64,000 nucleotides of DNA, from the NCBI RefSeq assembly GCF_009914755.1, contig NC_060929.1, one strand, 5' to 3'. Position numbers and translations under genes: made by a program. Source of the stretch: the human T2T-CHM13v2.0 reference genome, Homo sapiens. The notes under the pieces are model-generated. The model made no database searches. It worked only from the letters and a program-made list of their open reading frames with translations, and had not been told where the DNA came from. Within the stretch, counting starts at the first letter, position 1. Every line of letters starts with the position of its first letter. This document shows, one piece after another, positions 28,697-41,852 of the stretch.

Positions 28697-30379
28697 ATTT
28701 TCTCGGTGTGTGCCTCAGACATTATTATGTAATTTTATACCCATTTTCCCGTCGTTTCTCTGGGCATGCGTTCTGCTCTGTGCCATCAGCCCTGGAGAGA
28801 CCACGTTCAGGGAACTGAGGACGCTTTATGGGAAAGCTCCTTTGATAAAGCAAAGGTCTCCTGTCACAACACTCGAGGGCCACCTATCACCTGTTTCATA
28901 GTGACCCAAGCAACTGTGGGAAAAGTCCTGGGAAGATAAAAAAAAAAAAAGTGCCAAGGCCTTGCCAATGGGGCATGGCGCTACCCATGGACATCAGGAG
29001 AAAGCAGTATTCCCAACTCTTATCGTGCCTGTGTGACCTGGCAGTGGGCCAGTGTGACCCTGTGTGACCCTCTATGCCTGTGTGACCCTCTATGGGCCTC
29101 GCTTGCCCAATCTGTATGAAGAGCTCAGGCACTCAGGGATCCTGAGAGGCTGGCAGGGGTTGGCCTCTCTCCAGGAAGATTCTGATGTGGTGCTGAGGCA
29201 CTGCTACTGGGATGTGCATTAAGCAGTTCCTCCCATACTCCCTGGAAGCCCAGCATCTGGGATGATGTGGAGACTCTGGTCACATGGGTCTCCTTTATTG
29301 TCCCTACCCCAGGAAGTGCAACAAGGGTAGTGTCAGCAGACAGACATTCTCAGAGTCCACTCCACTCCAGACCAGGTCCAGTGTTCAGCCATATCCTTCA
29401 TCCTTGGTGGGACTTTCATGTACAGATAGAAAGTGAATTATGGGCAAGGCCTTGCCTGATGCCTTAAAACACTTGGCTACTAGGCAAGGTAATTCCATCC
29501 CTCCAGGGTATTTGAGCCTTCCAAATGTTTGCAGACTCTTATCCTGCCCTGTCCCATCCCTCCAGTATTGGCTGAAGCCTTTCCCCGAGAACCAGCCCCT
29601 TCTGTGTTGAGGTGCCCCACCCCCATTCAGTGCTGTTTGGTCAGGCTCAGTCGTCCCAGAGTCAGCTTCCTGAACCACTGTCCCATGGAGAATGTCTGCA
29701 CATTTCACTCGAGACTTGGGCTTGTTCGCCAGATGTCCCAGAAGTGGAAAAAGGTGTCCTAAGTGCTTGCCCTTGACTAGTGACCACAGATAAGCCTGGA
29801 GATGGGGATGATACACTTGTGATGCCCAGGCTATGCCTGGGTAAAGCTGGGTCTTGGCAGGGTCTCCAGCCTGGGCCGACCTCTGCAGAAATGAGCGGGC
29901 TGAGTGGCTGGCTGCATGAATAGAGGGGTGGAAAATGCTGAGGGGTACCCAGGCCCACCTAGAACTCTGGGCTGGGGTCTGTGTATTTTGTTAGCCCCTT
30001 GCCTGTGCCATCTGGCCCCTTCTTGATGCCCCACCCAGCTGGGGGGCATCATTGGCTGTGCTCTAGGAAGGGTTGAAGGATCATCTGATTGCTGTGATAT
30101 TTGGCAGGTATGTTTCAGTACATTCATGGGGGCTTCCAGAGGATCCCAGAGGCCTCGTGGTCAAGGGCCATGGACTCTGTTTTCTCATGGTCAATGGGCT
30201 GAGGTTAGCAAGGAGAGAGGTACAGGAGAGGGCAGAGTGGTACATCCAACAACTGGTAGTTGGTGAGGAACTGTGGTTCTGTGGTTCTACGGGAAGCTAG
30301 GGTGGAGTTTCATTCAGGCCTGGGAGGTGGTGGGTGGAGATCATGGAGCACTGAGCTGGCAGTCAGGAGACATGGCCCC

Positions 30380-30545
30380 TGCCTCTGAAGTTCCACGTGA
30401 CCTTGGGTGAGCCAGAAGCCTCGCTGGGCCTCAGTTCACAATCTGTAAGATGTGGAGATGAATACCAACCTGAGAGGCTTGTGGTGAAGCCCAGATAATA
30501 ACATGGATTTGAAAACAATGATAAAGACAGCACATTGTGAAGAAG
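30380..30545 (+). mobile_element. MIR SINE
   Basis: GTGACCTTGGG...GGGCCTCAGTT...ATCTGTAA. Confidence 0.65.
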
Positions 30546-31754
30546 TTTTAATTTTGTTTTTACCAATGGAGATATAAAAGGGGTAGTAATGATAACAGCC
30601 AGTCCATTTCTGTTGCGTTTTTCACTCATTTAGGACAGAGGAGTTGAAAGAACATGGAGTTAGGGGTCAGGCTGTTGGATTTCTAGTTTTTCCTTCCTAA
30701 CTGTTGTGTGGCCATGGGCAAGTTCTGCCTGTCTTTGGTTCTTTGTGTCCCTGCCTATCAAGAGGGACCAGCAACTCCCACCCCTCTTTCTCCCCTGGGC
30801 TACTCACATGCCAGTGGGTGGTGTGAGCAAGCTCTTTTACAGGCTGGGAAGCACTTGGGAGTGGCATTGATGGTGTTGGGCTGGCAGTGATGGTTTTGGT
30901 TGCTGGGAAGGGTGTTCAGGCCTTGGTGCCAGATTGACTCCAGGGGCCATGCATACCTTGCAGACTGTTCCAAGCTGGATATTTTCCTGTGGCCCAGGTA
31001 TAACCTGCCAGGCAACGAGGCTGTAGGGTTCAGTCTCTAATTCTTTGGCTGGCAGTCAAGGGCTGGGTGGACGAAAGGTTTGTCAATGTGGCTGTAATTA
31101 CAGCTCTTACTTTTTGGATATTAAGTGTAGCTTAATGTAATAACTATGGTACAATTGACCCAGCATGTAGGGCTGTGTCTAGCTACTTGGTAGGCTGAGG
31201 ACATAAAGATGCACAGTCACATTTTACTAAATACATATCAGAAGGAACCCTGGGGCCAGGCTTGGTGTGCTGAGTTTTAGCTGGCATTGTCCCTCCGGAA
31301 GGGGCCCTGTGCAGGCCTTCCATCCCATTGTCCAGATCACGTTCCATGGGCTGGGCCTGGGGGTGGTGCCCAGATCTGGTGCTGGCACTCAGGTTGTGTG
31401 GGCCATCTGTCTTCTCAGTGCCTTGTGTGTCAAGGGGTGAATCAGTTCCCTGCCTGCCACCCTACATGGGAGGAGCTTGGGTTCAGCATAAGTAGGTTCC
31501 ATGATTTGTAATGTCACCTTATCATGAACTGACTCAAGGCCCTGTCATTTGACTGAGAAGGAATGCAGGGCAGAGGAGGTGTGGCTGTTTGAACCTGTTG
31601 GTGGGATTAGCAGAGACAGTGTTGAGTTCTTAGTCTTGAGATCTGTTGGCTCCACTTGGCCCTGGTTCAGGAGGAACATGCGTGGAACCCTTGTTCTCCC
31701 CGAGGCCTGCTCCCAGACCCTATGATGGCTCCATAGTATCCACAACATCTCGAT

Positions 31755-31955
31755 TTCATTGAGCAAGTGCTGTGTGCCAGGCCCTCCTTACATGATTATT
31801 TCCTTCAAATCATCACAATAACCCAAGAGGAAGGTGCTGTTCCTAGCTCCATTTTCCAGATGAGTAAACTGAGGATCAGAGAATTGAAGAGACTTCTACA
31901 TAGTCCCCTGGCCATAAATGGGGGAGCCAGAATGTGGGCCCTGCCTGTCTGACTG
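31755..31955 (-). mobile_element. MIR SINE
   Basis: ATTGAGCA...TGTGTGCCAGGC...CCATTTTCCAGATGAGTAAACTGAGG. Confidence 0.8.
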
Positions 31956-32289
31956 CAGAGTGGGTAATCCCAAGCTCAAGGCTGCCTGCCTGGCAGTCCC
32001 CTGGCTGAGGGGAGGTGTGACCCAGGGCCACACACAGGTCTGAAGGGGTTTTGCCTGGTCGTGGGAAGGTAGAAGTGGCAGCTGAGGCTGGGAGATCAAA
32101 GATGGCCACTAAGATTTCCACTCTCTTCACCCCCAACCCCAGGCCCTCACATTATTCGGAACACTCAATCTTCACCATGTTGAGCCTCGTGGGAAAGACC
32201 AGGGTCTTATGGGAGGTAGGTGGGTCGGGGAGGAGGGATGCAGAGATGGGAGGAAGCAGACATTCATGCCATGGTGACTGAATGTCAGA

Positions 32290-33830
32290 TCTAAGCCAAG
32301 CACTGTGCTAGATGCTGGGGCCATAGCCGTGAGCATGACAGACAAGGTCTTGTGCCCTCCTGGGGCTTCTATTCTGGTGAGATGCAGACAGCACACACAC
32401 ATATAAACAAACACGAAGATTGTCAGGGGTGAGAAGCATCCTGTAGAGCATTAAACCTGGGTGATGTGATGGGTGGTCAGGCTGGCTTCCCCAAGGAGGT
32501 GACATCTCAGTGGAGATCTGCATGGCAAGGAGTCAGCTGTGAGAAGATCAGGACAGAGCATTACAAGGAGACAAAGAAGCAACTGCAAGAGCCCTGGGGG
32601 TGGAACAAGCTTGGTGTGTTCAAGGAGAGAATGGACCATGAAATCCAGCTGGGCGTGGAATCCAGAAGGGAGTGGCACATGGTGACATTGATGAGACAGG
32701 CAGGGTTCAGATCCTCCAGGGCTGTCCTGGCCAATGTCTGGAAGTTTGGATGTCATCCAAGTACAATGGGATGGCGATGGCAGTGACATGATTAGATTTG
32801 TGTTTAAAAAGACCCCTTTGTTGAATGAACAATGAATTGTAGGGAGCAAAGGTGAAGACAGAGAGGTCATAGGAGGCTATTGTGGAGTCTAGGTGAAAAT
32901 GATGATGGTGTAGGCTCACGTGGGACAGTGGGGAGGGAGAGAAGGGATGGATCCAGGTGTGTTTTGGAGGTAGAGTCAGTAGGACTTTGATGGATCGCCA
33001 CTCTATCCATCCAATTGCTCAAGCCAAGAGCTATTCCTGACTTCCCCCTTTCTTTCACCCCAACAGCTGTTTGCTGAGATGGAGGAGAAGAGGAAGTGCA
33101 GGTTTGGGGCAGTGGGCAGTGAAGATCAGTCTGATTTGAGAGGCCTATTAGACATGCAAATGCTGATGTCAAGTTGGTTGTGCTGAGTCTGAGAGGAGAG
33201 GCAGGGGTTAGAGACAGACCTGTTGCAACATGGCATGGCAGTGGCACAGGACTAGGTGACACCTAAAGCCACAGGACTAGATGAAATGGATGGAGAGAGG
33301 AGACAAGTGAAGAGGTCTCAGAGGAGTAAGCCCTCAGGCAATGCAGAACTTGGATGTGGAGGAACCAGTAGGGGAGCCTGCGAAGGTACAGCCAGGGAGC
33401 TGTGCAGTGTTTTGGGAGGCAGGAGAAAGGACGTGTTCATGGGAAAGACTGTTGAGAGTTGGCTTGGACCTCAGTGAGAGCCAGTTTGGTGGAGTGGTGG
33501 AGATGAGGCCTGATTCGGGAGGGTGGAGAAGAGATGTCAGATCTACACAGTTCTCAAGGGGTTTTTGCCAAAACAGGAAGCATGGAAATAGGGTGGCAGC
33601 TTGAGAGGGATGTGGGGGTCAAGGCAAGGTTTTTTAAGATTAGGGAGAAATCACAGCAAAACTGTAGGCTGATCCAGGGGACAGGGGAAATGTAATGATC
33701 CAAAGAGAGTGGGGACACGGACAGGAGAGATGACTGAGAGGGTGTGGGAGGTGGGTTAGGGTGTGCAGAGTCAGGGGCCAGCTTGATTAGGAACAGGGAT
33801 GCCATCTTCAGGCCTGGTCCCTGGAGGGAA
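32290..33830 (-). mobile_element. LINE-2 (~1.5 kb) containing a micro-inversion
   Basis: GCACTGTGCTAGATGCTGGGG...CAAGGTCTTGTGCCCTC...AGTGACATGATTAGATTTGTGTTT...GGAGGCTATTG...GTTTTGGAGGTAGA, a purine-rich antisense L2 pattern. Confidence 0.8.
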
Positions 33831-34224
33831 GGCAGAGAGGAGAGGATTTGGTGGAAGGACCCTAAGGCTCTTAGGGTCTCTGCCTAAATATCTGTCCCCA
33901 GACCAGACCTCTCTCCTGATCCTCCTGCCCATCTGTCTCCTGACATCTCTGGCCAGGTGCCTGTGAGCACACATGTCCTTTTCCACCTGTGCAGGTCATT
34001 TGACCCACTTCTACTGTCTTCACTGATTCAGCCCATTCTTCCCCAGCCTGCCTCTTGTACCCTTCCTCCAAGGGGCCTTCCTAGGTTACTTCAACCCACA
34101 GGGCTTTCTTTCTAGCTGAGGTGCTGGAGCCTGTGGGAGGGAGGCTGCCTTGTCACATCTTTTATGCTACCATTATGAAGCTCTCTGCAGCTGGGGAGCA
34201 TGCTGTGAGTTTGTGGAGTCAGAG

Positions 34225-34460
34225 AGAAGTTGGGGGCTTAGGCTCTGGAGTCTCACTGACCTTGGTTCAAGTCCGAGGTCCTTACTAATTGTGTGACCTT
34301 TGACAGCTTAAAAAAACAAAAACTTCTCTGAGCCTCAGCTTCCTCATCTGTAAAGTAGGACAGGATTTATCTCTCTGGCTTTTGGTGGAGGTTTAATGAG
34401 ATCATGCATATCCATTGGATTGGACACATTAGCTATTGAGTGCTACTAGCTCAGTACATC
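34225..34460 (+). mobile_element. MIR SINE (a second fragment lies at ~34520-34655)
   Basis: GGCTCTGGAGTC...TGTGTGACCTT...CTCTGAGCCTCAGCTTCCTCATCTGTAAA. Confidence 0.8.
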
Positions 34461-36124
34461 TCATGGGTCTCAACGTTATCCAATGTTATTCTGTCCCTTC
34501 CATTTCTTCAATGGGATCTTAGGGAGTCACGTGAGTTTTCCATGCCTCAGTGTCCTCATGTGAAATATAGGGACAATAATACTCTCCTTAGAGGGCTGCT
34601 GAATTTAATGAGTTGAGGTGTGGAAACAGCACGTAGTAGGTATTTAAGAAACAGCCTGCTGCTGACAATGATGAAAATACTAGTTACTGCTTACATTCCT
34701 GTTTCCCCCACAGAACGCCGAACCCCTGGAACTGTGGAGCCACCTCTGCTCTGTGTGGCAAAGGTGACCCCCCTGTCCTCTCTGGTTAGCCTCTTCGCAC
34801 ATTTACTTCTCGCAGTTTCCCACGGACCCATTCATCTCTGGCTGTAAGGTTACAAGGCTTTGGAAATTAATTTTAAAAATCACACTCTCTGACCCTTTAA
34901 ACTTCATTTCAAATCCCCTCAGTGCCTTAATGACGCTCAGGCTATTTCGGGCCCCTGGGAGAAGTGTGGCTGACAGTGGCTTTTTAATTTACAAGACAAC
35001 ATAGGAACACACATGGGCCCAAATATGTATCTGTATAATGAAGAATAAAAAGCATAATCCCCTAAGTGGGCTGTGTTAGTGAGCATCAGGTTTAATAGGG
35101 GATTAGGAGGTGGAATTAAAGTTGCCCAGGGGGTACACAGGGAGACTTCAAACACCTTTTGGAAAACAAATTAACGTGGTTTGCAAAAACCGTTTTCCAA
35201 GGGCGGCAGAGGGTTTTCCTTGGGCTTCCCTGCTTTCTTTTGAAATGTATTTTTAACACTTGTATAAACACTTTGGGCCCGTGACATGGGGCTTCCTGTG
35301 CTCCCTTCGTTAGCTGGTGTCTCTGGGAGAAGAATTCGGCTCATTATCTGGGTGTTTTGATCTCCATGACTGCCGCTGCTGCTGCGCCCGGCCCGGGGCG
35401 GGCCACCCTTTTTCTTTCCTGTTGCCTAATGGTATGGAACCAGTTCGTTTGTGGCTCAGCCTGCTTCCACATCTTCCTGCCAAGCCTGGCCTCCCAGAGG
35501 GGCTCTCAGTTTTCTAGAGAACCGGAGTTCTTGGGCAGGAGCAGTAGTGGCAGCTGGGTGGCTGGAGTCTGGCCCTGTCTTAGGCTCAACTGAGAAACTG
35601 GCAAAATCGGCCTTTGTACCAGCCTCCCTGACCCCTTCACTTATTTCCCCTTCCCCTCTCTTCAGGTGCATCTGGAGTGGAATGTGAGGCCTCTGTAGGT
35701 ACTGAGTTCCCCATCCCTGGAGGTATTCAAGCAATGTCCTGGTGGAGGTTTTAAGGGCCTCTGTGAGCAGCTGTGGACCTGGATGGTCATTAGAGTTTCT
35801 TGTAAACCTGAGATTCTGTAGTTTACACTTTACAAGTGGAATCTGAGCAGGGCCATGCTGGCCCTTGATAGCAACAAGGATCCCTGTGATAGAAGACGCA
35901 GTGCTGGGCTCCAAGCAGACCTTCAGGAACCCCTGTTCTACTGTCCTTGCTGGAGACAGAAGAGACACAGGCTTTTCTCTTTGGGAGGCTCCAGGCTTAG
36001 GCTCACCCACAGCATTTCCTTTAGAGATTTGATCCTGCAGAGACTTGGGACAAAAACTCCAAATTATGTCTACCCAAGTTCCCTTTTAAAGTCCACTTTC
36101 TTCCTGTGTAAAAAGGGGGCAATA

Positions 36125-36305
36125 AATAATAACAGCTAATACCTATTAGGCACTTGTGTGTCAGACACAGCTTGAAGTACTTAATCACTTATTTCATAAC
36201 TTCTTAGGAAAAGGTACTGTTTTTTCCCCCATTTTACAGAGGAGGAAACTGAGGCCCAAGGAGGTCAGCCAACTTGCTGAAGGCTACACAGCAAGTAAGT
36301 TGTGA
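36125..36305 (-). mobile_element. MIR SINE
   Basis: CCCCATTTTACAGAGGAGGAAACTGAGGCCCA...AACTTGCTGAAGG..ACACAGC. Confidence 0.8.
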
Positions 36306-37447
36306 ATAATAACATCTGCCAGTTGCTGGGGATCTGCTGAGCTCTTCACAGGAAGGTGGAGGTGCCCCCTTGACCACGCTGGGTTCTGCTGCAGTCCAGC
36401 CCTCCTAAGAGGTAGAAATGACATTAGTCCCTCCCAGCCTTGTCCCTCTTCAGCTGCCCAGGGCTGGCAGGAGCCAAGCAGTGAGAGTGGCATTTCTCAT
36501 CCCAAAGACAGCAGAGCTCCTGCGGCCTGGCCAGCCAGTGGCATCTGGGCTGGGCTGATGGGGGTTCACATTCTGGACGTTTCCCTTACCTTTGCAAGTG
36601 GGCTGGTGGTTGGAGGTGAGCTTTGTGAGGCTGATTCATGCCGAGTTCACATAAGGCCACATGTCCCACATGCTGTATCTCCCTCCTGCCACTGTCAGGA
36701 AGGTGCCTGCAGGTGCGTGAGGCCAGAAGGAGGGAGCGTCTCTATCCTAGGAAGGAGTTTTTTCTGTTATTTTCTTGTCTGTCTAGTCCATGGGTAAGGG
36801 CATGAGTGGTCCTGGTAGCTTTGTCAGCCCTGTAATCCTGCTTCTCATGAAGCTGCATGTAAATCCTGTCCCCCTCTCTTCACCCCTGCCCCTCACCTGC
36901 CAGCTGTCTGCTCTGCTCTCACAAGGGACTCTGGTCTCATGTCACAGAGCTACAGTCACCAGGGATAGGCTGCCAGGAGGGAATAGGACATTTCTGCTGG
37001 GTTCACAGATCTGGCTTCACAAAGGAGGTGGAATTCAGGCTGAACCTTGAGGCATGAAAGAATTTTTGCTAGTAGAGAAGGGGCTGTCATTGTCTGATCC
37101 CATCCTTGGAAAGCACTGTGCTGAACTTGCAACAGCTATGCTTCTATTTCATGTTCATGAAGGCCTGTGTTGCTGTCTGCCTGTTATAGGTGAGAGAACA
37201 GAGCAAGCAACTTGCCCAATGTTCCACAGATAGATCTGAACCCAGGATGGAAGCACCCTCATGTTCTCTCCCCTCTGGCAGCAGGGGGGAAGCATGAGCT
37301 TCCCAAGGAGGCTTGGGAAGACCTGGTGTGTTGGCTGAACAGCTGGGAGGGAGAGGGTGGGAGAGAGGATAACGGGACTTGAGACTGGGATTGGTGGTGG
37401 TGGAGGGGGCTAGGGTGATATGTGCCCAGAACATCAAAGACCTCATT

Positions 37448-37640
37448 TAGTGGTGTGTTGGTAAGCATTTAACAACCAGCTGCTCTTCAGGAAAAAAAGT
37501 AGAAAAGTCTCTGATGTGAGGCATTTGCCAATTTCCATGGTGTAAATATTCCCACCATGGCTGATTTCAAGTTATCAGTTTGATGTCACTGAATACTAGG
37601 TTCTTGTGAGCTAGCAGGAGCTGGCTTTGGCACTCCACTG
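37448..37640. mobile_element. MER63-like hAT-Blackjack MITE
   Basis: TIRs TAGTGGTGTG...CACTCCACTG and internal CATTTGCCAATTTCCATGGTGTAAATATTCCCACCATGGCTGATTTCAAG. The 8-bp flanks ACCTCATT / GCCTCATC match at 6/8 (TSD remnant). Confidence 0.8.
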
Positions 37641-38454
37641 GCCTCATCTCTCAGATTCTGGTGCTTGCAGTTTATTTGGGAAACAGCAGAGAGGTAATAG
37701 GAGGAGAGTTGACATTGTCAAGCCTTTGTTTGAAAATGCAACTCTCAGGGTTATCGAGTCTTGGGAAAAGGGGATGGAGAACATGGCCAATTAGAAGGCC
37801 ACTGCTGACTCTTGGGAGCAGTAGGGCTTGGGGCCAGGCAGGGGTGGGAAGGGTCCTTGGAAGAGACGGGCCAGATCCCATCATATTCAGTGAAGTGAAA
37901 ATCTTTCCCTCTGTCCAGGACCTCAGGAATCTCTTGCTCTAAACATGCATTTCTCAGTGAGTCTTCTCAGAGGCAGTGCAGCACTCCCTCCTCCTTTCCC
38001 CTCTAAGGTCAGGTTGGCCCTAGAGCAATTTTACAGGGGAGTGCTTGGCTTCCTTTTGTGCATCCATCCAGTCCAGTTATTTAAAACCAATGACAATGAC
38101 ATACATTTCCCAAGAAATGACCTGGGAATATTCATTTGGGAAAAAATAAATTTTCTTGGAAAGAAACCCAGCTGGGGAATTGAGGATAAAAGGCTCATCA
38201 GCCTTTGTGCTCAGCTGTGACAGAGGCCTGCTGAGCTTCAGGGACATCTATGGGACTGGAGAGCATGCAGTGGGAGCCTCCTGCCCTGATCCTGTATGGA
38301 TAAGGGGGCACCAAGGCCAGAGTGTGGCCAGGCAGAGATCCAGGCTGGCCCAGAACCAGCAACCCAGGCTTCCTGGGGGAAGATGGTTTTAGCTGGATGT
38401 TGGCGTATGGGCAGGACCTGGAAGGGCAGGGATCTCTGGGGGTCTGAGAGTGGC

Positions 38455-38900
38455 TTCATGGCTGCCATTTGCCTCTTCGCTCTCAGATCCATTCTTGCCC
38501 TTCCCCTGCTTGGCTCTGTATCCCAAGGGCTGGCCTTGCAAACCACAGGTCCCAGGCTTCCTTGAAAACTGACTCTGGCCAAGTTTGGCCAATGAGAGGC
38601 ACTGACAGATGGGAGGGCAGGCGGAAGAGAGAGGAAAGGGTATGTCTCCTCCAAGCTCTGGCTTTGGTGGTGTCTCTGCAGCAGTTGTGTCTTCTCTGTG
38701 TCTCTAGCCATCATTCATCAGCCTCTTTCTGTGGCCTCAGCTCTCCCAGATTGAGGAGGCCCTTAGGTGACCTTAGTTCCTCCTGGGTGGCCCTGGTTTC
38801 TGGGCTCTGGAAGCACCTCTTCCTGCTGCTGTTCCTCCAGAGGGCTCTGGTGTTGCTCATCTCTGTTTGCCTCACTGCTCCCTGCTTGTCTTTGTAGCTC
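38455..38900. mobile_element. ERVL LTR (LTR33-like)
   Basis: CAGATCCATTC...GCTCTGTATCCC...TTTGGCCAATGAGAGGCACTG...GAGGGCAGG..GAAGAGAGAGG...GGGTAT matches the remembered LTR33 pattern. Confidence 0.6.
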
Positions 38901-41187
38901 TTGCAACTTTGTAACTAGTTCACTTCGTTGATTTATGGGGCATGGACTCTGGACTTGTTTTCCTGCCGAGATCCTGCTATCATTCTTGCCTGGCCCTTCC
39001 TCCCTCATCCTGCCCTGCTCTGCCTTGCCCAGGATGGAGGCCCGCTGACCTCTAGGCCAGGTCCCCATTCTGTGGCTTCGTGGAAGCCTGTATGTTAGTG
39101 GAAAGAAAGGGTGAGGCCAGAGTTCAGTCTTGTGAAGGGAAACACTTGCCCAGGGTTATGCACCAGGCACCAGAGGTCTCAGCTTTGATAGGCCTCCAGG
39201 CCCCAGGTGTGGCTGCAGAAGGGTTTGGGTTTAGCAACATGCCTGTGAAGGGGTCCCTGAGATCCTTCCTCAGAACTCCAGGGCTTCCAGGAACAAAGCT
39301 GGGAAACCACCAGTCTAGTCTCAGCTTCTATTTTATGCATGTAGAAACTGAGGCCAGAGAGGAACAGGGACTTTCCCAAAGTCACACTGGCTCCGAGCAG
39401 ACTGGCAGAGCAGGAACTCAGGCTCCAGTCCCCTAGCCCAGCGCCTTGAGGCTCAGCCTCTGGATTCTCGGTAGCTTTGGGAAGCACAGGGGCATGGGGC
39501 AGATAAAGGTATGTGGTCAGGAGAAGGCACCCAGCCCTGCTGACAGGCCCGCTTGCTGTCAGCAGAGGCCTCAACTGAACTAGTGCTGCCTCGGACCGCC
39601 CTCCTCAGGAATCCCTGCATCCAGATGCCTGCTTCAGGGTTGGCAGAGACCCATCCAATGCCCAGGTGCGCCTAGCATCCAGCCTCCAAGTGCAGGGCAT
39701 GAGTGTGGAGACGTGCCCTAGATGGGGCTTGAGAGAAAGCCCTGAGCCCACTCCAGCAGCACCCTCCAACACCCTTACAGAGAAGGGCCAAGTTGCATAA
39801 GAGCTGTGTGGCTGCGGCTGTGCTTTGTACAGAACTGAGAGGGCTGCGTGCCCATGGGAGAGGGATGACTCAGCATTGCTGTTGCTAAGGGAGGCCAAGA
39901 TGGCGAGCCAAGGGGCCAGGGCAGGGGCAGCGTGTGCAGAGCCCTCTGGGAGCACCCCAGTGTGGAGCAGAGAGTGCCCACAATTCCCTCTTCAGGCCAG
40001 TGGCCTGCTCGTGTACGCATTGAGTCTTCTCCCACATCATGTTGCCCCTGCCCCAGCTGATAAGCTCTCTTCACAGTTCTGCATGCTCACCAGCTCCAAG
40101 CAGCAGCCTTGGGTTTGCACACATTTGAAGTCTTTGGGGCATGGAGGGGTGTTTCAGGCAGAAGGTAAATCTCAGGCAAAGCAAGGATCCAGGATAGTGT
40201 GCCAATGGGTAGTCCCATTGGAGTGGGAGATGGTATCCCCACAGGAGAAAGTCCCATAAAAGACCTCTAGAAAGGACAAGTCATTACCTAATCACGCAAG
40301 GCCTTCAGCGACTGGCTTGCCCACACTTGAGTCTGAAAATCAGGGGCCATTGAAGGTTTTGGAGTAGGTGAGTGCTGGTGCCAGAGATGTGCTCCAGGAA
40401 GGTGGAGAGGGAGTGCACAGGGCATGTGAGTGGAGCTAGAGGCCAGCGTAGGCCAGGCAGGGTGGGGCCATGCAGTTACTAACACAGCATGGAAGAGGGC
40501 TGGCTGAGGACTGGCCACAGAGGGCAGAGTCAGGGTTGGTCAGTCTCTCTCCCTGGGCCTCCAGGGTCAGAGGGAGGAGCTGCTTCCCCACTGCAGGAGG
40601 GTGTGGCTCAGGAGCGTGGAGTGGCAGTGAAGAACACCTGTGGAATGGCACCATGGGCCCCTCAGGCTGGGTCTCAGTCATCTCATCTGCTAATTGGGAA
40701 TAATATCATATACTTCCTAGGACCATTGGGAAGGTTGAATGTCTGTAGAAGCCTTAACACAGCTCCCAGTTCCAGCAGGTACTTAGGAACTGCAGGCAGA
40801 GCAGGCCCCTGATTCACAGACTAGCTGATGATTCCTCTCAAGGGTCCAAGCCAATACCCAGCCTTTCAAGTCTTCCTCCACACAGTCTTTTCCAAGGCCT
40901 CTTCACAACTTTTCTGTGGCCCCATTGGGTCAAGGTGGGTGACTGCCAGGGCCCTTCCCCACCCTCGGGGCACCTTCACCTTACTGTGCCATGACTTCAG
41001 TGAGCAGGAACCAGCCTGCCCTTTTTACCCACTGGTTACCGAGGGGTCCAAGTCAGATTTGCCCCACCCATCCCGCCCAGTCTCCTGGCTTGGGGAGACA
41101 GAGGGGGAGATTTGCTGTGAGGTGGGCAACCTGACCAGACTGCATGCACTTGCCACTTCTATGTCCCCCCTCCTTTAATGATTGTCA

Positions 41188-41532
<345 letters not shown>

Positions 41533-41536
41533 CTAG

Positions 41537-41808
41537 GGCCAGGCACAGTGGCTCACGCCAGTAATCCCAGCACTTCTGGAGGCTGAGGTGGGCAGGTGGC
41601 TTGAGCCCAGGAGTTCAAGACCAGCCTGGGCAACACAGAGAGACCCCCTTCTCTACAAAAAATTAGCTGGACATGGTAGCATGCAGCTGTCGTCCCAGCT
41701 ACTCAGGAGGCTGAGGTGGGAGGATCACTTTATCCCAGGAGGCTGAGGCTGCAGTAAGCTGTGATTGTGCCGCTGCACTCCAGCCTGCATAACAGCAAGA
41801 CCCTGTCT

Positions 41809-41849
<41 letters not shown>
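41537..41849 (+). mobile_element. Full-length AluJ with a 40-nt pure A tail
   Basis: GGCCAGGCACAGTGGCTCACGCC start, J-diagnostic GCTTGAGCCCAGGAGTTC and GGGAGGATCACTT, A run at 41810-41849. Confidence 0.95.

Positions 41850-41852
<3 letters not shown>

Noticed and set aside
34714-34763. 50-nt exon-like segment (TTTCCCCCACAG|...AAG|GTGACC); similar weak cases at 35666-35698 and 48029-48060
   Set aside because: Good acceptors but weak donors and no supporting coding signal; pseudo-exons of this quality are frequent.
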